A stretch of 63,999 nt of DNA, filler included, from an uncultured bacterium (GTDB lineage Bacteria > Latescibacterota > UBA2968): NCBI GenBank assembly GCA_964471275.1. It is 7 parts of 7 records of this genome, joined end to end, with 100 filler letters (N's around TTAATTAATTAA, not from the genome) between each part and the next. Parts side by side here need not be neighbours in the genome. Positions count along the whole stretch, not along the records: positions 20,364 to 30,362 come from CAYYGZ010000175.1; positions 30,463 to 40,411 come from CAYYGZ010000176.1; 5 more parts are not named here. One strand, written 5' to 3'. Below, in pieces: positions 20,364 to 33,163 of the stretch. Within the stretch, counting starts at the first letter, position 1, and the number at the start of each line of letters is the position of its first letter. Position numbers and translations under genes: made by a program. The notes beneath the pieces are model-generated. The model was not told the DNA's origin, made no database searches, and saw only the letters and a list, made by a program, of their open reading frames with translations.

Positions 20364-23300
20364 GTGATACCCAGAAGGACCGGCTCGAACGTTGCAGGAT
20401 CCCCGCCCTCTTCGATCACCTTGTCATTCTCGTTACGGAACCGGAACCGATCCACGATCTCCCCTTCGAGGAAGTTCGTGTCACCCGGATCCGTCACCTG
20501 CACCTTCTGCAACATCTGGCGGACGATGGTTTCGATATGCTTGTCATCGATCTTCACGCCCTGAAGCAAGTAAACGGCCTGAATCTCGCTAACCAGATAC
20601 TCCTGAACCTTCTGAATCCCCTGGATCCTCAGGATATCGTGTGGAATGACCGACCCCTCCGACAGACGTTCACCAGCCAGTACACGATCGTCTTCCTGGA
20701 CACGCAGATGCTTTCCGTAGGGAATCGTGTATTTCCGGTCTTCTCCGTCATCTGAGGTCACGTGAACAATGCGTGATCCGCGAACAAGACCACCAAAGCT
20801 GACGGTGCCGTCGATCTCGGTTACAACCGATGGATCCTTGGGACGGCGCGCCTCGAAGAGTTCCGCCACGCGGGGCAAACCGCCGGTGATATCACGCGTC
20901 TTGCTGCGTTCTCGTGAAATCTTGGCGAGAGTGTCACCTGCCTTCACCTTCTGACCGTCCTGCGAAACGAGTCGAGCACCCAAAGGAAGGACATACTGGC
21001 CAAGCTCTTCGCCAGAATCACTGACAACGACGATACGGGGAGAAAGCGTGCGATCTCGATGCTCGACCACGACCTGTGCAGCCATACCGGTCGTCTCGTC
21101 CGCCTCCTCACGGTACGTGACCCCTTCCACGAGATCCACAAACTGGAGCGTTCCCGTCTGCAGTGACAGGATATTGTTGTTGTAGGGGTCCCATTCATAG
21201 AGAACGCCGCCAGTCTCGATTTCCTGGTTGTCCTCCGCACGGAGCAGTGCTCCAAAAGGCACGAAATAGTGCCCCCCTCTGGGACGGCCTTGGTCATCCT
21301 GGACTTCGATCTCGGCATTTCTCGTTATAACGACAATGCGTCCGTCTGAGCGAACACCGGTCCGGACCCGGCTGAACTTGACCGTTCCTTCGCGCTTGGC
21401 CGTGATCTCTGCCTGTTCTGCGATACGGCTCGATGTGCCACCGATATGGAATGTCCGCAGCGTCAGCTGCGTACCCGGCTCACCGACGCTTTGAGCAGCG
21501 ATCACGCCAACCGCCTCGCCCGCGTCGACCAGACGGCCAGAAGCAGGATTGCGTCCGTAACACTTTGCACAGATACCCCGACGCGTCTCACACGTCAGGA
21601 CTGATCGGACGTAAACAGTTTCAACACCTGAATCGGCAATCTTGTTCGCCAGTTCCTCATCGAGCGCATCACCCGCCTCGACGATCTGTTCATTCGAAAT
21701 CGGGTCGAAGACATCATCTTGAACGGTCCGGCCAACAATCCGGTCTGCCAGCGACTCGACGATTTCCTCACCGTCTTTCAGGGCGCTCATCTCGATACCC
21801 AGAATCGTTTCGCAGTCGTCTTCCGTAACGACAATGTCCTGAGCAACATCGACCATTCGTCGAGTGAGATACCCGGCTTCTGCAGTCTTCAGCGCCGTAT
21901 CGGCCAGGCCCTTCCGGGCACCGTGCGTGGAGATGAAGTACTCGAGGACGTTCAGACCTTCTTTAAATGATGCAATGATCGGTGTCTCGATGATCTCACC
22001 GATGGCACCAGTCAGCTTCTTCTGGGGCTTGTTCATCAGGCCCCGCATACCACCCAACTGCTTAACCTGATCGTCGCTGCCGCGGGCCTTTGAGTCCTTC
22101 ATGATGTAGATCGGGTTGAACCCGTCCTGATCCTTCTCCAGGACCTCACTCATCACCATAGCGATGTTGTTCGTCGTGTGCTGCCACACGTCGATCACCT
22201 TGTTGTAGCGTTCGCCCTCGGTGATCACGCCCATCGAATACTGATCGACGATCTTGCCCACTTCAACCTTGGCACGATCGATCAGCTCTTCCTTCTGCGG
22301 CGGGACGACCACATCATCCATCGAAATCGTCAGCCCGGAGGCCGTCGCATACTCGTAGCCCAAGGACTTGAGCCCGTCCAGGAAATCGGCCGTAACGCGG
22401 TTACCGTAAGCCCGGTGCACATCGGCGGCCACACGTTCAATCGCGCCCTTGTCGACGACTTCATTCACGAACGGCACCTTTTCGGGAATGTTCGTGTTAA
22501 AAATCACGCGGCCTGCAGTCGTGGTAATGATCTCGCCCTGCACGCGGACCTTGATCGCCTGGTGGAGCGTGATTCGCCCGTATTCCTGAGCCATCCGGGC
22601 TTCTTCGGTCGAAGCGAAGATGGCTAGATCGTCCTCGCTACCCGTGTGGACAATCTTCGTGAGATAGTAACACCCCATGGCGATATCGTGTGGCTTGTCG
22701 ACGACAACGGGTGAGCCGTCAGCCGGTTTGAGCAAGTTGTTTGCAGACAACATCAGCAAACGCGCTTCAATCTGTGACTCAAACGATAGGGGAACGTGGA
22801 CAGCCATCTGATCGCCGTCGAAATCGGCATTGAATGCTGCACACACGAGCGGATGCACTCGGATCGCCTTGCCCTCGACGAGAACGGGTTGGAAGGCCTG
22901 GATCCCCAGACGATGCAGCGTAGGTGCACGGTTCAGGAGGACGTGGTGATCCTGAATGATCTCTTCCAGAATATCCCAGACCTCGAGACGCTCGCGTTCG
23001 ACGAGTTTCTTCGCGCTCTTGACCGTCTGGACAAGCCCCTTCTCCTCGAGCCGCCGGATGATGAACGGCTTGAACAGCTCGAGCGCCATGTGTTTCGGGA
23101 GACCGCATTGATGCAGTCGAAGATGTGGATCGACGACAATCACCGAGCGGCCGGAGTAATCGACACGCTTACCGAGCAGATTCTGACGGAAACGCCCCTG
23201 CTTGCCCTTCAGCAGATCGGACAGGGACTTGAGCGAACGGTTACCGTCGCCGCGGACTGCACGTGAACGACGGCCGTTGTCGAATAGCGCATCAACAGCC

Positions 23301-24190
23301 TCCTGAAGCATGCGCTTCTCGTTCCTCAGGATGACCTCGGGGGCCTTGATATCCATCAGCTTCTTGAGTCGGTTGTTTCGATTGATCACGCGACGATACA
23401 GATCGTTCAGATCGGATGTCGCAAACCGTCCGCCCTCGAGGGGAACCAGGGGGCGAAGATCCGGTGGGATTACGGGAATCATGTCGAGCACCATCCAGTC
23501 CGGGCGGTTATCTGACTGGCGGAATGCCTCCACAACTTTCAGGCGCTTGAGGGCTTCCTGTTTCCGTTGGACCGATGTCTCCATCCGAGCCTGTGTTCGC
23601 AGTTCGGCCGACAGCTCCTCGACATCGATCGAGTCAAGGAGCTTCTTGACCGCACCCGCTCCCATGTCGACGGTGAAGTTGTAGCCCTTCTCCTGAAGGT
23701 CGTAGACTTCGTCCTCCGACAGGAGATCCTTGTACTTCAGATCGGGTGCATCGCCCGGATCGAGGACGGTATACGACTCATAATAGATGACGCGTTCCAA
23801 ATTCCGGATAGAGATATCCAGCAGGTAGCCTATACGCGAGGGCAGAGACTTGAAATACCAGATATGTGTGACCGGCACCGCGAGTTCGATGTGTCCGAGA
23901 CGTTCGCGTCGCACCTTCGACTGCGTGACCTCCACACCGCAGCGATCACAGACGACGCCGCGGTAGCGAATGCGCTTGTATTTGCCGCAGTGACACTCCC
24001 AGTCCTTGACCGGTCCAAAAATACGCTCACAGAACAGACCGTCCCGCTCAGGCTTGAACGAACGGTAGTTGATGGTCTCGGGCTTCGTCACCTCGCCGCG
24101 CGACCAGCTTCTGATCGTCTCCGGTGAGGCGAGCTGAATACGGATGGCACTGAAATCTGTGGGTCTTGTCGATGCTTTGGCTTCAGCCAC
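20364..24190 (-). CDS. rpoC: RNA polymerase beta' subunit (3'-truncated at the contig end)
   Basis: KPETINYR, zinc-finger cysteines, catalytic [29 protein letters not shown]. Confidence 0.99.
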
Positions 24191-24249
24191 GAGGAATACC
24201 CCCTTATTGGCGATCGGTTACTTTCTCAGAAATCCAAGAGAACTGCCTG

Positions 24250-27200
24250 TCAGTCGGCCTGCCCATCTTCCAGGACAACGTCGAGACAGAGACTTTGGAG
24301 CTCCTTGACGAGAACGTTGAAGGACTCGGGAACCCCGGGTTCAGGCGGGTTCTCGCCCTTCACGATCGCTTCATAGATCTTGGAGCGTCCAGCGACATCG
24401 TCGGACTTTACCGTCAACATTTCCTGCAGCATATGTGCTGCACCGTATGCCTCGAGGGCCCAGACTTCCATCTCACCGAATCGCTGTCCACCAAACTGGG
24501 CCTTTCCACCCAGGGGCTGCTGCGTCACCAGCGAATACGGCCCGATCGATCGGGCGTGCATCTTATCGCTCACGAGATGCGAGAGCTTCAGCATATAAAT
24601 GAACCCGACCATGACTTCTCTGTCGAATCGTTCGCCCGTCTTCCCGTCGTAGAGCACGCTCTTGCCTGACTCGGGAAGCCCGGCGGCCTTCAGCGCGTCC
24701 TTGATATCCTGCAGTGAAGCACCGTCGAACACCGGGGTCGCAATGTGCTGCCCCAGCGCGTTCGCCGCCCATCCCAGATGCGTCTCCAGAATCTGCCCTA
24801 GATTCATCCGAGACGGGACACCGAGCGGATTCAGAATGATGTCGATCGGCGTGCCGTCCGGCAGATAGGGCATGTCTTCTTCCGGAACGATCGTCGAAAC
24901 AACACCCTTGTTTCCGTGACGTCCAGCCATCTTGTCGCCGACCATAAGCTTGCGCTTCCGGGCGATGTAGACTTTGACCAGCTGGACGATGCCCGGAGGC
25001 AGTTCGTCGCCGCGCTGGATCTTCTCGAGTTCACGCTCGAGTTCCTCGTCTGCCTGATGCTTGAGGTCATTGGACAACTCGACAAGTCGCTCGATCTTGC
25101 GGTTGTGGTTCGTGTTCTCCGACCAGTGCTCTTCAGGCCGGTGCTGCACAAAATCGATCCTCTCGAACATCTTTTCGGTGAAGATCGTACCGGCGCGAAA
25201 TGCGACGGAGTTATCTTCAATATCGCGAATCGTTCCAAGCCTTTCGCCATCGAGCATCTCAAGAATCTGCTCGTTCCGGCTCTCTTCGATGGCCCGGATC
25301 TTCTCCGTCGCGCGCTTCTTCGCCGCGTTGCTCTTGTCCTTGTCGGCCTTCCGTGTCTTCTCGTCGCGTTCCTTTCGGGAGAAGACCTTGCGGTCCATTA
25401 CGACACCGTCCATACCTGGCGGGGATTTCAGCGAGGCATCCCGCACATCGCCGGCCTTCTCACCAAAAATCGCACGGAGAAGCCGCTCCTCTGGCGACAG
25501 CTCCGTCTCCCCTTTAGGCGTGACCTTACCGACCAGAATATCCCCCGAACCAACCTCAGCACCGACGCGGATGATACCGTGTTCGTCGAGATTTGCGACA
25601 GCTTGCTCGCTGACGTTCGGAATCTCGCGCGTGATCTCTTCAGACCCGCGCTTCGTGTCTCTAACCTGGAGGTCGAACTCCTCGATATGGATCGACGTGA
25701 AGATATCCTTCCGAACCAACCGTTCGGAGATAATGATCGCGTCCTCAAAGTTGTAACCGTTCCAGGACATGAAGGCGCAAAGGACGTTTGCTCCGAGTGC
25801 CAGATCACCTCGATCCGTGGCGCAACCATCCGCAAGAACCTGTCCCTCTTCGACCTTGTCACCGGTCCTAACGATCGGCTTCTGATTGATGCAGACATCC
25901 TGGTTGGAACGTTTGAACTTCGTGAGATTGTAGACATCCTCGTCCGTCAGTCCGACAAGCTCGCCTGACCGGGAGCGTCGTCGTTTGACGATAATCCGGT
26001 CTGCGCTCACGTAGGATACCGATCCGGCGTGTTTCGCCGTAACGACGGCCTTGGAATCGACCGCAACCGTGCGCTCCATGCCTGTTCCGACGAATGGGGC
26101 GGCAGTCCGAAGAAGTGGGACCGCCTGGCGCTGCATGTTGGATCCCATCAGGGCGCGATTGGCATCATCGTGCTCAAGGAACGGGATCAGCGCGGCTGCC
26201 GCACTCACCAGCTGGCAGGGCGATACATCCATATACCCGATCTCGTCGGGCTTGACGACGGGAAAGTCGCCGCGTTTCCGAACCTGAATCACGTCTTCTA
26301 CAAATCGCCCGCGACCATCGACGTTCGCGTTCGCCTGGGCGATCGTCTGCTTGTCCTCCTGGTCCGCCGATAGATATTTGATCCCCTCGACGACCTTCCC
26401 TTTTTCGACAATCCGATACGGTGTCTCGAGGAAGCCAAAGGGGTTCACTATCGCGTAGGTAGAAAGAGAGGCAATCAGCCCGATATTCGGGCCTTCTGGC
26501 GTCTCGATCGGGCAGATACGCCCATAGTGGGTGTGGTGCACGTCGCGAACCTCAAAACCTGCGCGATCACGCGTCAGACCACCCGGCCCAAGCGCGGAGA
26601 GACGACGCTTGTGCGTCAACTCGTCAAGCGGGTTTGTCTGCTGTAGAAACTGGGAGAGCTGGCTGCTCCCGAAGAAAGCCTGAACCACTGTCGACACGGT
26701 TCGCGCATTCACCAGGTCGTGCGGGGTCAGTTGATCGGAATCGCGCAGACTCATACGCTCCCGAATCGTGCGAGCCATCCGCGAGAGCCCGATAGAGAAC
26801 TGGTTGCCCAGCAACTCACCAACGGAGCGAATGCGTCGATTCCCGAGATGATCGATGTCGTCCGTATAACCGTCGCCCTTGAACAGATCAACGAGGTTAT
26901 TGATGACCTTCAGAAAGTCCTCGATACAGAGCGTGGTGAAATCGAGCGGGACCTTCATGTCCAGGCGCTCGTTCATCCGATAGCGCCCCACGTCACCCAA
27001 GTGATACCGGCGAGGGCTGAAGAATTGACGCTCCAGAAGACCACGTGCTGTTTCGATATTGGGCGGATCACCCGGCCGCAGAAGGCTGTAGATACGAGAC
27101 AGCGCCTCCTCGTCGTTGTCACAGGGGTCTTTTGCCAGAGTGTTTGTGATCACGCCGCCGTCGTCTTCGGGGTTGATGTCGATCACCGTCAATTTCTTGA

Positions 27201-28020
27201 TCTTACCATCGGTGAGCGCGACAAGATGCTCTTCGGTTAGCGTCGTAAACGCCTCGACGATCACCTCACCGGTCTTCTTGACGACAACATCATCGAGAAC
27301 GACTTCCCCTACGGACTCTTCGTCGACCTTGATCTCCTTGGTCGAGTGAAAGATCGACAGGATCTCCTCACTCTTACTGAAACCAAGGGCCCGCATAAAA
27401 GTTGTAACCGGGAGCTTACGTTTACGATCGATGTGGACATACATGATGTCGTTGATGTCCATGCTGAACTCGAGCCAGGCCCCCTTGTAGGGGATGATCC
27501 GGGCAGAGAACAGCCGTTTCCCGTTCGGGTGAATCGATTCATCGAAGAAGACACCGGGGGAACGATGCAACTGGCTGACGATGACGCGTTCTGAGCCGTT
27601 GACGATGAAAGTTCCCTCTTCGGCCATCAGAGGCAGTTCGCCAAGGAACACCGTCTGTTCGACGATGTCCTTCACGCGGTAGTCGTTGTCGCCGACCTTC
27701 TCGCGCGCGACAAGCCGCAGCGTCGCACGCAGAGGCGCGGCGTAGGTTGTTCCTCGTTCAAGGCATTCGGTTACTTCATACTTTGGTGTGCCGACCGTAT
27801 ACTCAACGAACTCCAAAGAAAAGAGATTGTGCACATCCGTGATCGGAAAAATGCTCTTGAACACGGCGAGCAAGCCCTGATCCTTGCGCTCAAAGGAGGG
27901 AACGTCTCGCTGCAGAAAATCGTTGTAGGAATTGAGCTGGATATCCAGCAGGTTCGGCATATCGATCGCGGCTTTGATGCGACCGTAACTCTTTCTGTCG
28001 ATGTATCCGTTCTGTGTCAA
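24250..28020 (-). CDS. rpoB: RNA polymerase beta subunit
   Basis: [43 protein letters not shown] start. Confidence 0.99.
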   Translation of the reverse strand: MTQNGYIDRKSYGRIKAAIDMPNLLDIQLNSYNDFLQRDVPSFERKDQGLLAVFKSIFPITDVHNLFSLEFVEYTVGTPKYEVTECLERGTTYAAPLRATLRLVAREKVGDNDYRVKDIVEQTVFLGELPLMAEEGTFIVNGSERVIVSQLHRSPGVFFDESIHPNGKRLFSARIIPYKGAWLEFSMDINDIMYVHIDRKRKLPVTTFMRALGFSKSEEILSIFHSTKEIKVDEESVGEVVLDDVVVKKTGEVIVEAFTTLTEEHLVALTDGKIKKLTVIDINPEDDGGVITNTLAKDPCDNDEEALSRIYSLLRPGDPPNIETARGLLERQFFSPRRYHLGDVGRYRMNERLDMKVPLDFTTLCIEDFLKVINNLVDLFKGDGYTDDIDHLGNRRIRSVGELLGNQFSIGLSRMARTIRERMSLRDSDQLTPHDLVNARTVSTVVQAFFGSSQLSQFLQQTNPLDELTHKRRLSALGPGGLTRDRAGFEVRDVHHTHYGRICPIETPEGPNIGLIASLSTYAIVNPFGFLETPYRIVEKGKVVEGIKYLSADQEDKQTIAQANANVDGRGRFVEDVIQVRKRGDFPVVKPDEIGYMDVSPCQLVSAAAALIPFLEHDDANRALMGSNMQRQAVPLLRTAAPFVGTGMERTVAVDSKAVVTAKHAGSVSYVSADRIIVKRRRSRSGELVGLTDEDVYNLTKFKRSNQDVCINQKPIVRTGDKVEEGQVLADGCATDRGDLALGANVLCAFMSWNGYNFEDAIIISERLVRKDIFTSIHIEEFDLQVRDTKRGSEEITREIPNVSEQAVANLDEHGIIRVGAEVGSGDILVGKVTPKGETELSPEERLLRAIFGEKAGDVRDASLKSPPGMDGVVMDRKVFSRKERDEKTRKADKDKSNAAKKRATEKIRAIEESRNEQILEMLDGERLGTIRDIEDNSVAFRAGTIFTEKMFERIDFVQHRPEEHWSENTNHNRKIERLVELSNDLKHQADEELERELEKIQRGDELPPGIVQLVKVYIARKRKLMVGDKMAGRHGNKGVVSTIVPEEDMPYLPDGTPIDIILNPLGVPSRMNLGQILETHLGWAANALGQHIATPVFDGASLQDIKDALKAAGLPESGKSVLYDGKTGERFDREVMVGFIYMLKLSHLVSDKMHARSIGPYSLVTQQPLGGKAQFGGQRFGEMEVWALEAYGAAHMLQEMLTVKSDDVAGRSKIYEAIVKGENPPEPGVPESFNVLVKELQSLCLDVVLEDGQAD

Positions 28021-28137
28021 GGGATCGCCTTCTCTCGTGGTGGTTCAGACCAAAGGCCGGGAACACGAATTCACAAAGAATCCGGCCCGGCCAGGAGTCG
28101 TAGAGGTCAACTACTACGAGACCACTGAGATGTCTGC

Positions 28138-28512
28138 TTACTTGACTTCGACCACGGCTCCGGCCTCCTCGAGCTCTTTCTTGACCTCGTCGGCTTCGTC
28201 CTTTGATACGCCCTCTTTGACCGCGCTGGGCGCTTCGTCCACGAGCGCCTTCGCCTCTTTCAGGCCTAGGCTGGTGAGTCCTCGGACGACCTTGATCACC
28301 TGGATCTTCTTGTCCCCTGCCGCCGACAGAATCACGTCGAACTCCGTCTGCTCTTCCACTGCTGCACCACCAGCGTCGCCGCCGGCCGCCGGAGCAGCCA
28401 CGACCGCAGCCTGAGCCGTCACACCAAACTTCTCCTCCAAAGCTGAAACCAGCTCAGCAAGCTCAAGCACAGTCAGCTTTTCAATCTCTTCGATAATGCT
28501 ATCAACCGCCAT
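28138..28512 (-). CDS. rplL: 50S ribosomal protein L7/L12
   Basis: [25 protein letters not shown]. Confidence 0.98.
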   Translation of the reverse strand: MAVDSIIEEIEKLTVLELAELVSALEEKFGVTAQAAVVAAPAAGGDAGGAAVEEQTEFDVILSAAGDKKIQVIKVVRGLTSLGLKEAKALVDEAPSAVKEGVSKDEADEVKKELEEAGAVVEVK

Positions 28513-28580
28513 CTTGCGTTCCTCCATCGGGCGAGTGTGGATGATGTCCTAGGGTTTGGTACTGCAAAAAGGGGAAGCGA

Positions 28581-29114
28581 CTACTCGCCGCCCTCGTCCT
28601 TTTTCTTATCAGAAACGGCCTGGATCGTACCTACCAGGCTCTGCAAGATCCCCGACAGGCAGAAGGCCAAACCAGCGATCGGGCTCTGCAGGCCGGTTAC
28701 GATCTGGGTCAACAGAACCTCACGCGTAGGCAGTTTTGCCAGCGCGGCGACCTGCTCCTCAACGTAGACCGTACCTTCCAGATACCCCATTTTCACCCGG
28801 GGTTTCCCATCAGCGGTTTCCGAAAACTTAGACAACAGCCGAGCCGGAGCGATCGGGTCGTCGTTTGCGCAGACGATACCCGTAGGGCCGTTCAGTGCGT
28901 CATCCAAGCCATTGATCCCGGCGTTCGCAGCCGCGATCTTGGCCAGACGATTCTTCACGACTGTAAACGTCACGTCTTCGGCGTGAAGCTGTCGTCGCAT
29001 GCTCGTGAATGTCGGCACGTCGATACCGCTGAAGTCCGCAAAGTAGACGGCCTTCGAATCCTTCAGCAGGTTCTCCATCTCCTCGACGGCTGCGATCTTC
29101 TGTTCTGTGGGCAT
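28581..29114 (-). CDS. rplJ: 50S ribosomal protein L10
   Basis: VVKNRLA, GPT, LAKLPTREVLL; position between rplA and rplL. Confidence 0.96.
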   Translation of the reverse strand: MPTEQKIAAVEEMENLLKDSKAVYFADFSGIDVPTFTSMRRQLHAEDVTFTVVKNRLAKIAAANAGINGLDDALNGPTGIVCANDDPIAPARLLSKFSETADGKPRVKMGYLEGTVYVEEQVAALAKLPTREVLLTQIVTGLQSPIAGLAFCLSGILQSLVGTIQAVSDKKKDEGGE

Positions 29115-29139
29115 CAGTTCCTCTTTCCGGCGGGCCGGA

Positions 29140-29835
29140 TCAGCCCCCGAAGTCGGAGCGATCAAGTCGAATACCGGGACTCATTGTTGTCGAAATTGTG
29201 GCTGACCGAACATAGTGCCCTTTGGTCGCCGAAGGCCTTACACGGATAATCGTGTCCAGTACGGCTCGTGCATTCTCGAGAATCGCATCCTCGTCGAAGG
29301 AGATCTTGCCAACAGACACGTGCAGATTTGCCTGTTTGTCGACACGGAACTCGACACGACCCGCCTTTGCCTCCTCGACTGCCGCTGCAGGATTCGGCGT
29401 CACGGTGCCGCTCTTGGGGTTGGGCATCAGGCCCCGCGGGCCGAGGACGCGGCCCAACCGACCTACGGTGCCCATCATGTCGGGCGTCGCAACCGCGACA
29501 TCAAAGTCCGTCCAGCCGCCCTGTACCTTTTCCGCTAGGTCGTCTGTGCCAACTTCGTCCGCGCCTGCTTCTTCGGCTGCAGTGGCGGCTTCGCCCTTTG
29601 CGAACACGATCACACGCACCGTTTTACCCAAACCACGCGGCAGAGAGACAGTCCCACGAACCTGTTGATCCGCGTGCCGCGGGTCGACACCGAGCCGTAA
29701 GGCAAGCTCGACACTCTCATCAAACTTCTTCACGGGCATCTGCTTGAGTATGCCGATCGCATCTGCCACGCTGTACTGCGTCTTGCGATCGAAGAGTTCC
29801 TTTGCCTGGTCGTACCCCTTACTGGACTTACCCAT
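29140..29835 (-). CDS. rplA: 50S ribosomal protein L1
   Basis: [36 protein letters not shown]. Confidence 0.98.
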   Translation of the reverse strand: MGKSSKGYDQAKELFDRKTQYSVADAIGILKQMPVKKFDESVELALRLGVDPRHADQQVRGTVSLPRGLGKTVRVIVFAKGEAATAAEEAGADEVGTDDLAEKVQGGWTDFDVAVATPDMMGTVGRLGRVLGPRGLMPNPKSGTVTPNPAAAVEEAKAGRVEFRVDKQANLHVSVGKISFDEDAILENARAVLDTIIRVRPSATKGHYVRSATISTTMSPGIRLDRSDFGG

Positions 29836-30295
29836 TCGTCTCTCCTGCCGGGGCCGGGTCAGTCGGACCTTCACCCTCTATCGTAATGCCTGCGCTCCGC
29901 GCGGTTCCCTCGATGACGCGCATCGCGGACTCGATTGTGTGCGCGTTCAGGTCCTCTTTCTTGAGTTCTGCAATTTCTTTAACCTGCTCCTTCGTCACCG
30001 ACCCGACCTTCGTCCGGTTGGACTCGGGGGATCCCTTGTCAAGCCCTGCCGCCTTCTTGAGCAGTACGGCCGCGGGCGGACTCTTCAGGATGAACGAGAA
30101 GCTGCGATCGGCGTAGACCGTGATGACGGCCGGTATAATCAGCCCTACCCGATCCTGTGTCTGGGCGTTGAAGGCTTTGCAGAATTCCATGATGTTGACA
30201 CCGTGCTGACCAAGGGCGGGCCCGACCGGCGGGGTCGGTGTCGCCTTTCCTGCAGGAATCTGCAGCTTGATCAGGGTCATCACTTTCTTGGCCAT
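29828..30295 (-). CDS. rplK: 50S ribosomal protein L11
   Basis: [32 protein letters not shown]. Confidence 0.98.
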   Translation of the reverse strand: MAKKVMTLIKLQIPAGKATPTPPVGPALGQHGVNIMEFCKAFNAQTQDRVGLIIPAVITVYADRSFSFILKSPPAAVLLKKAAGLDKGSPESNRTKVGSVTKEQVKEIAELKKEDLNAHTIESAMRVIEGTARSAGITIEGEGPTDPAPAGETNG

Positions 30296-30311
30296 CTTAC
30301 TCGATCCTTAC

Positions 30312-30362
30312 TTAGGTCGTTTCGGTCGCTTCTTCGACCTGAAGCACATCCAATTCAACGGG
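30312..30362 (-). CDS. nusG: C-terminal fragment of NusG
   Basis: Reads PVELDVLQVEEATETT*, matching the NusG C-terminus, in the canonical position upstream of rplK. Not in the ORF track. Confidence 0.85.
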   Translation of the reverse strand, partial: PVELDVLQVEEATETT

Positions 30363-30462
30363 NNNNNNNNNNNNNNNNNNNNNNNNNNNNNNNNNNNNNN
30401 NNNNNNTTAATTAATTAANNNNNNNNNNNNNNNNNNNNNNNNNNNNNNNNNNNNNNNNNNNN
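30363..30462. other. Artificial contig spacer
   Basis: N-run + TTAATTAATTAA + N-run. Confidence 0.99.
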
Positions 30463-30507
30463 CTTGTTCGTCCATGCTTCCTCCTTGGGATGTGTTGCCG
30501 GATCTCT

Positions 30508-31308
30508 CTAGGGAAAACCGACTGCTTGTGTCCGCCGCATCAGACGGCGCGTTGTTTTTTCAACAGGTGATCGGTGATGTTGTGTGGACCGATTGTCCCA
30601 GAAAACCAGATCGCCCGGTTCCCAAGCGTGAGTCCAGACAAATCGATCCTCCGTTGTATAGGCCTTGAGGCGATCGATCAAGGCAGCACCTTCAGCTTTA
30701 TCGACACCGGCAACGCCGGCTGCGTGATTCGCACTGAAGTAAATGGTCCTTCTACCCGACTCCGGATGCGAACAGACCAGCGGGTGGATCACCGGAACGT
30801 CCGATCGATAGTCTGTTCTAGCGTGCGTGTAAGTCACCTTGATTGGCTCCAATCGTCCCAGTGCATCGGCTTCGAGCGCGTCGTGCGCCGCGATACCGCT
30901 TGCCCAGGACGTCAGGCCACTGTCACTCGGTGCCTCCACGGCATACAGGGTCGAAACCGACCCGGGTCTCGGGAGAAACGCAAGATCTGCGTGAAAACCG
31001 ACCTCATCGTTGCCGAGAGCACCGGCCTGCTGCCCATCTTCCTCAACATTCGCGATGACACAGATCTCAGGTAGTTGACCGACATTCCGCTTATTCGTTG
31101 GATGCGCCACCGGATCGCAAAGCTCCCGACTGAACGATACCTGCTGGGCCTCCGTGAGCTCCTGACCTCGAAATATCAGAACCGAATGCTCCCAGAATGC
31201 GCCCTGAATGTATAGCGTATCCATTTCTGATAGAGGTTCTGACAGGTCAACCCCATCTACGTGCGCGCCTAATGCGGCCCCCGTCGGCTTGATCTGCAAA
31301 TTGCTCAT
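30508..31308 (-). CDS. TauD/TfdA family Fe(II)/2OG dioxygenase
   Basis: LGAHVDGVDL, VLIFRGQ, FHAD, HPLV, WDNRSTQH. Confidence 0.9.
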   Translation of the reverse strand: MSNLQIKPTGAALGAHVDGVDLSEPLSEMDTLYIQGAFWEHSVLIFRGQELTEAQQVSFSRELCDPVAHPTNKRNVGQLPEICVIANVEEDGQQAGALGNDEVGFHADLAFLPRPGSVSTLYAVEAPSDSGLTSWASGIAAHDALEADALGRLEPIKVTYTHARTDYRSDVPVIHPLVCSHPESGRRTIYFSANHAAGVAGVDKAEGAALIDRLKAYTTEDRFVWTHAWEPGDLVFWDNRSTQHHRSPVEKTTRRLMRRTQAVGFP

Positions 31309-31428
31309 AGACTTTAAAGGTAACCATTCCCCGGATTCTCACCAAACCAGCGCCCCGGAAACACGGCCTGATCCCTCATCCTCCGCCTTCTCAAATCCTG
31401 CCGCGCTATTGACCCCAATCCTCGATCT

Positions 31429-33111
31429 TCAATTCCTGGTCAACCGTCTGTACTTAATTCGGCGCGGCTGCTCTGCCTCAACACCCAGACGCGCCTTCCG
31501 GTCCTCATCATACTGGCTATAATTCCCGTCGAAGAATACCACCTGGCTGTCTCCCTCGAACGCGAGGATGTGCGTCGCCAGTCGATCCAGAAACCACCGA
31601 TCGTGGCTGATCACCACCGCACAGCCCGCGAAGCTCTCGAGCGCCTCTTCCAGTGCCCGCATCGTGTTCACATCCAGATCGTTCGTCGGCTCATCGAGCA
31701 GCAGCACATTTGCACCCGATTTCAGCATCCGGGCCAGGTGAACCCGATTTCGCTCTCCACCGGACAGCTGGCTGACCAGCTTCTGTTGATCGCCACCGGA
31801 GAAATTGAATCGCGCCACATAGGCGCGCGAATTCACCTCACGGCCCCCGAGATCAATCATCTCCTTCTCGTCCGAGATGACCTGCCAGATCGTCTTGGTC
31901 CCATCGAGATCGTCACGTCCCTGCTCGACATAGGCCAGTTCGACGGTGTCACCCAGTCGGATCGCGCCAGCATCAGGCTCTTCGCCCCCCGTGATCATCC
32001 GGAAGAGGGTTGTCTTCCCGGCCCCATTCGGACCAATCACACCCACAATGCTCCCCGGCGGCAGCGCGAATGACATATTCTCGACCAGCAGCTGATCGTC
32101 GTAACCTTTAGTCACCTTGTCCGATTCGATCACCACATCACCGAGACGCGGTCCCGGTGGGATAAAGATCTGAAGTTCGCTTTCCTTCTCCGCTGCATTC
32201 TGACCCAGCAGCGATTCGTATGACGTGATCCGGGCCTTGGACTTCGCGTGCCGGCCGCGGGGAGACATCTGGATCCACTCCAATTCACGCTGAAGTGTCT
32301 TCCGTCGACTGCTGGCTTCCTTCTCCTCCGTCTCCAGTCGCTTGTCCTTCTGATCGAGCCAGGATGAGTAGTTTCCCTTCCACGGGATGCCCTTGCCGCG
32401 ATCCAGTTCGAGAATCCAGCCAGCCACATTATCCAGGAAATACCGATCGTGCGTCACGGCAATCACGGTACCCTCATACCTCTGCAGATGATGCTCAAGC
32501 CATCCGACGGTCTCCGCGTCGAGATGGTTCGTGGGCTCGTCGAGAAGCAGGATATCCGGTTTCTGCAACAGAAGCCGACAGAGCGCGACACGGCGTCGTT
32601 CACCACCCGACAGAATCTTCACTTCCGTATCTCCCGGGGGACACCTCAGGGCGTCCATCGCTTGTTCGAGCTGCGACTCCAGATCCCAGGCGTTCTTCGC
32701 ATCCAGCTGCTCCTGCACTTCGCCCTGGCGTGCGATCAGTTTGTTCATCGCATCGTCGTCCATCGGCTCAGCAAATTTCTCGCTGATCTCGTTGTATTCA
32801 CGCACCAAATCCACCAGCTCCTGTGCGCCCTCTTCGACGATATCCCTCACAGTCTTCGATTCATCCAAATCCGGTTCTTGCGAGAGATACCCAATGGTAT
32901 GTCCGGGTGCCAGATGTGTCTCTCCGTTGAACTTCGTGTCCACACCCGCCAGAATCTTCAACAGCGTGCTCTTCCCGGACCCGTTGAGCCCCAGCACACC
33001 GATCTTTGCACCATAGAAATACGACAGATTGATGTTCTCGATGATCGGCTTCTTGTCGTAGAACTTGCTGACCCGCACCATCGAGTAGATGACTTTCGGT
33101 TCGTCACTCAT
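31429..33111 (-). CDS. ettA: Energy-dependent translational throttle protein (ABC-F)
   Basis: GAKIGVLGLNGSGKS, AMDALRCPP, LSGGERRRVALCRLLL, second ABC domain, RIKYRRL C-terminus. Confidence 0.96.
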   Translation of the reverse strand: MSDEPKVIYSMVRVSKFYDKKPIIENINLSYFYGAKIGVLGLNGSGKSTLLKILAGVDTKFNGETHLAPGHTIGYLSQEPDLDESKTVRDIVEEGAQELVDLVREYNEISEKFAEPMDDDAMNKLIARQGEVQEQLDAKNAWDLESQLEQAMDALRCPPGDTEVKILSGGERRRVALCRLLLQKPDILLLDEPTNHLDAETVGWLEHHLQRYEGTVIAVTHDRYFLDNVAGWILELDRGKGIPWKGNYSSWLDQKDKRLETEEKEASSRRKTLQRELEWIQMSPRGRHAKSKARITSYESLLGQNAAEKESELQIFIPPGPRLGDVVIESDKVTKGYDDQLLVENMSFALPPGSIVGVIGPNGAGKTTLFRMITGGEEPDAGAIRLGDTVELAYVEQGRDDLDGTKTIWQVISDEKEMIDLGGREVNSRAYVARFNFSGGDQQKLVSQLSGGERNRVHLARMLKSGANVLLLDEPTNDLDVNTMRALEEALESFAGCAVVISHDRWFLDRLATHILAFEGDSQVVFFDGNYSQYDEDRKARLGVEAEQPRRIKYRRLTRN

Positions 33112-33127
33112 ACTCTCAATTCACTCC
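33075..33127 (-). repeat. Direct repeat copy 1 (ettA RBS + first codons)
   Basis: 33075-33106 is identical over 32 bp to 34887-34918; similarity extends through the ATG and GGAG..AATTGAG. Confidence 0.9.
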
Positions 33128-33163
33128 TGTGGCGATCTTTTCATTCTCGTTTATGTGCATCCT

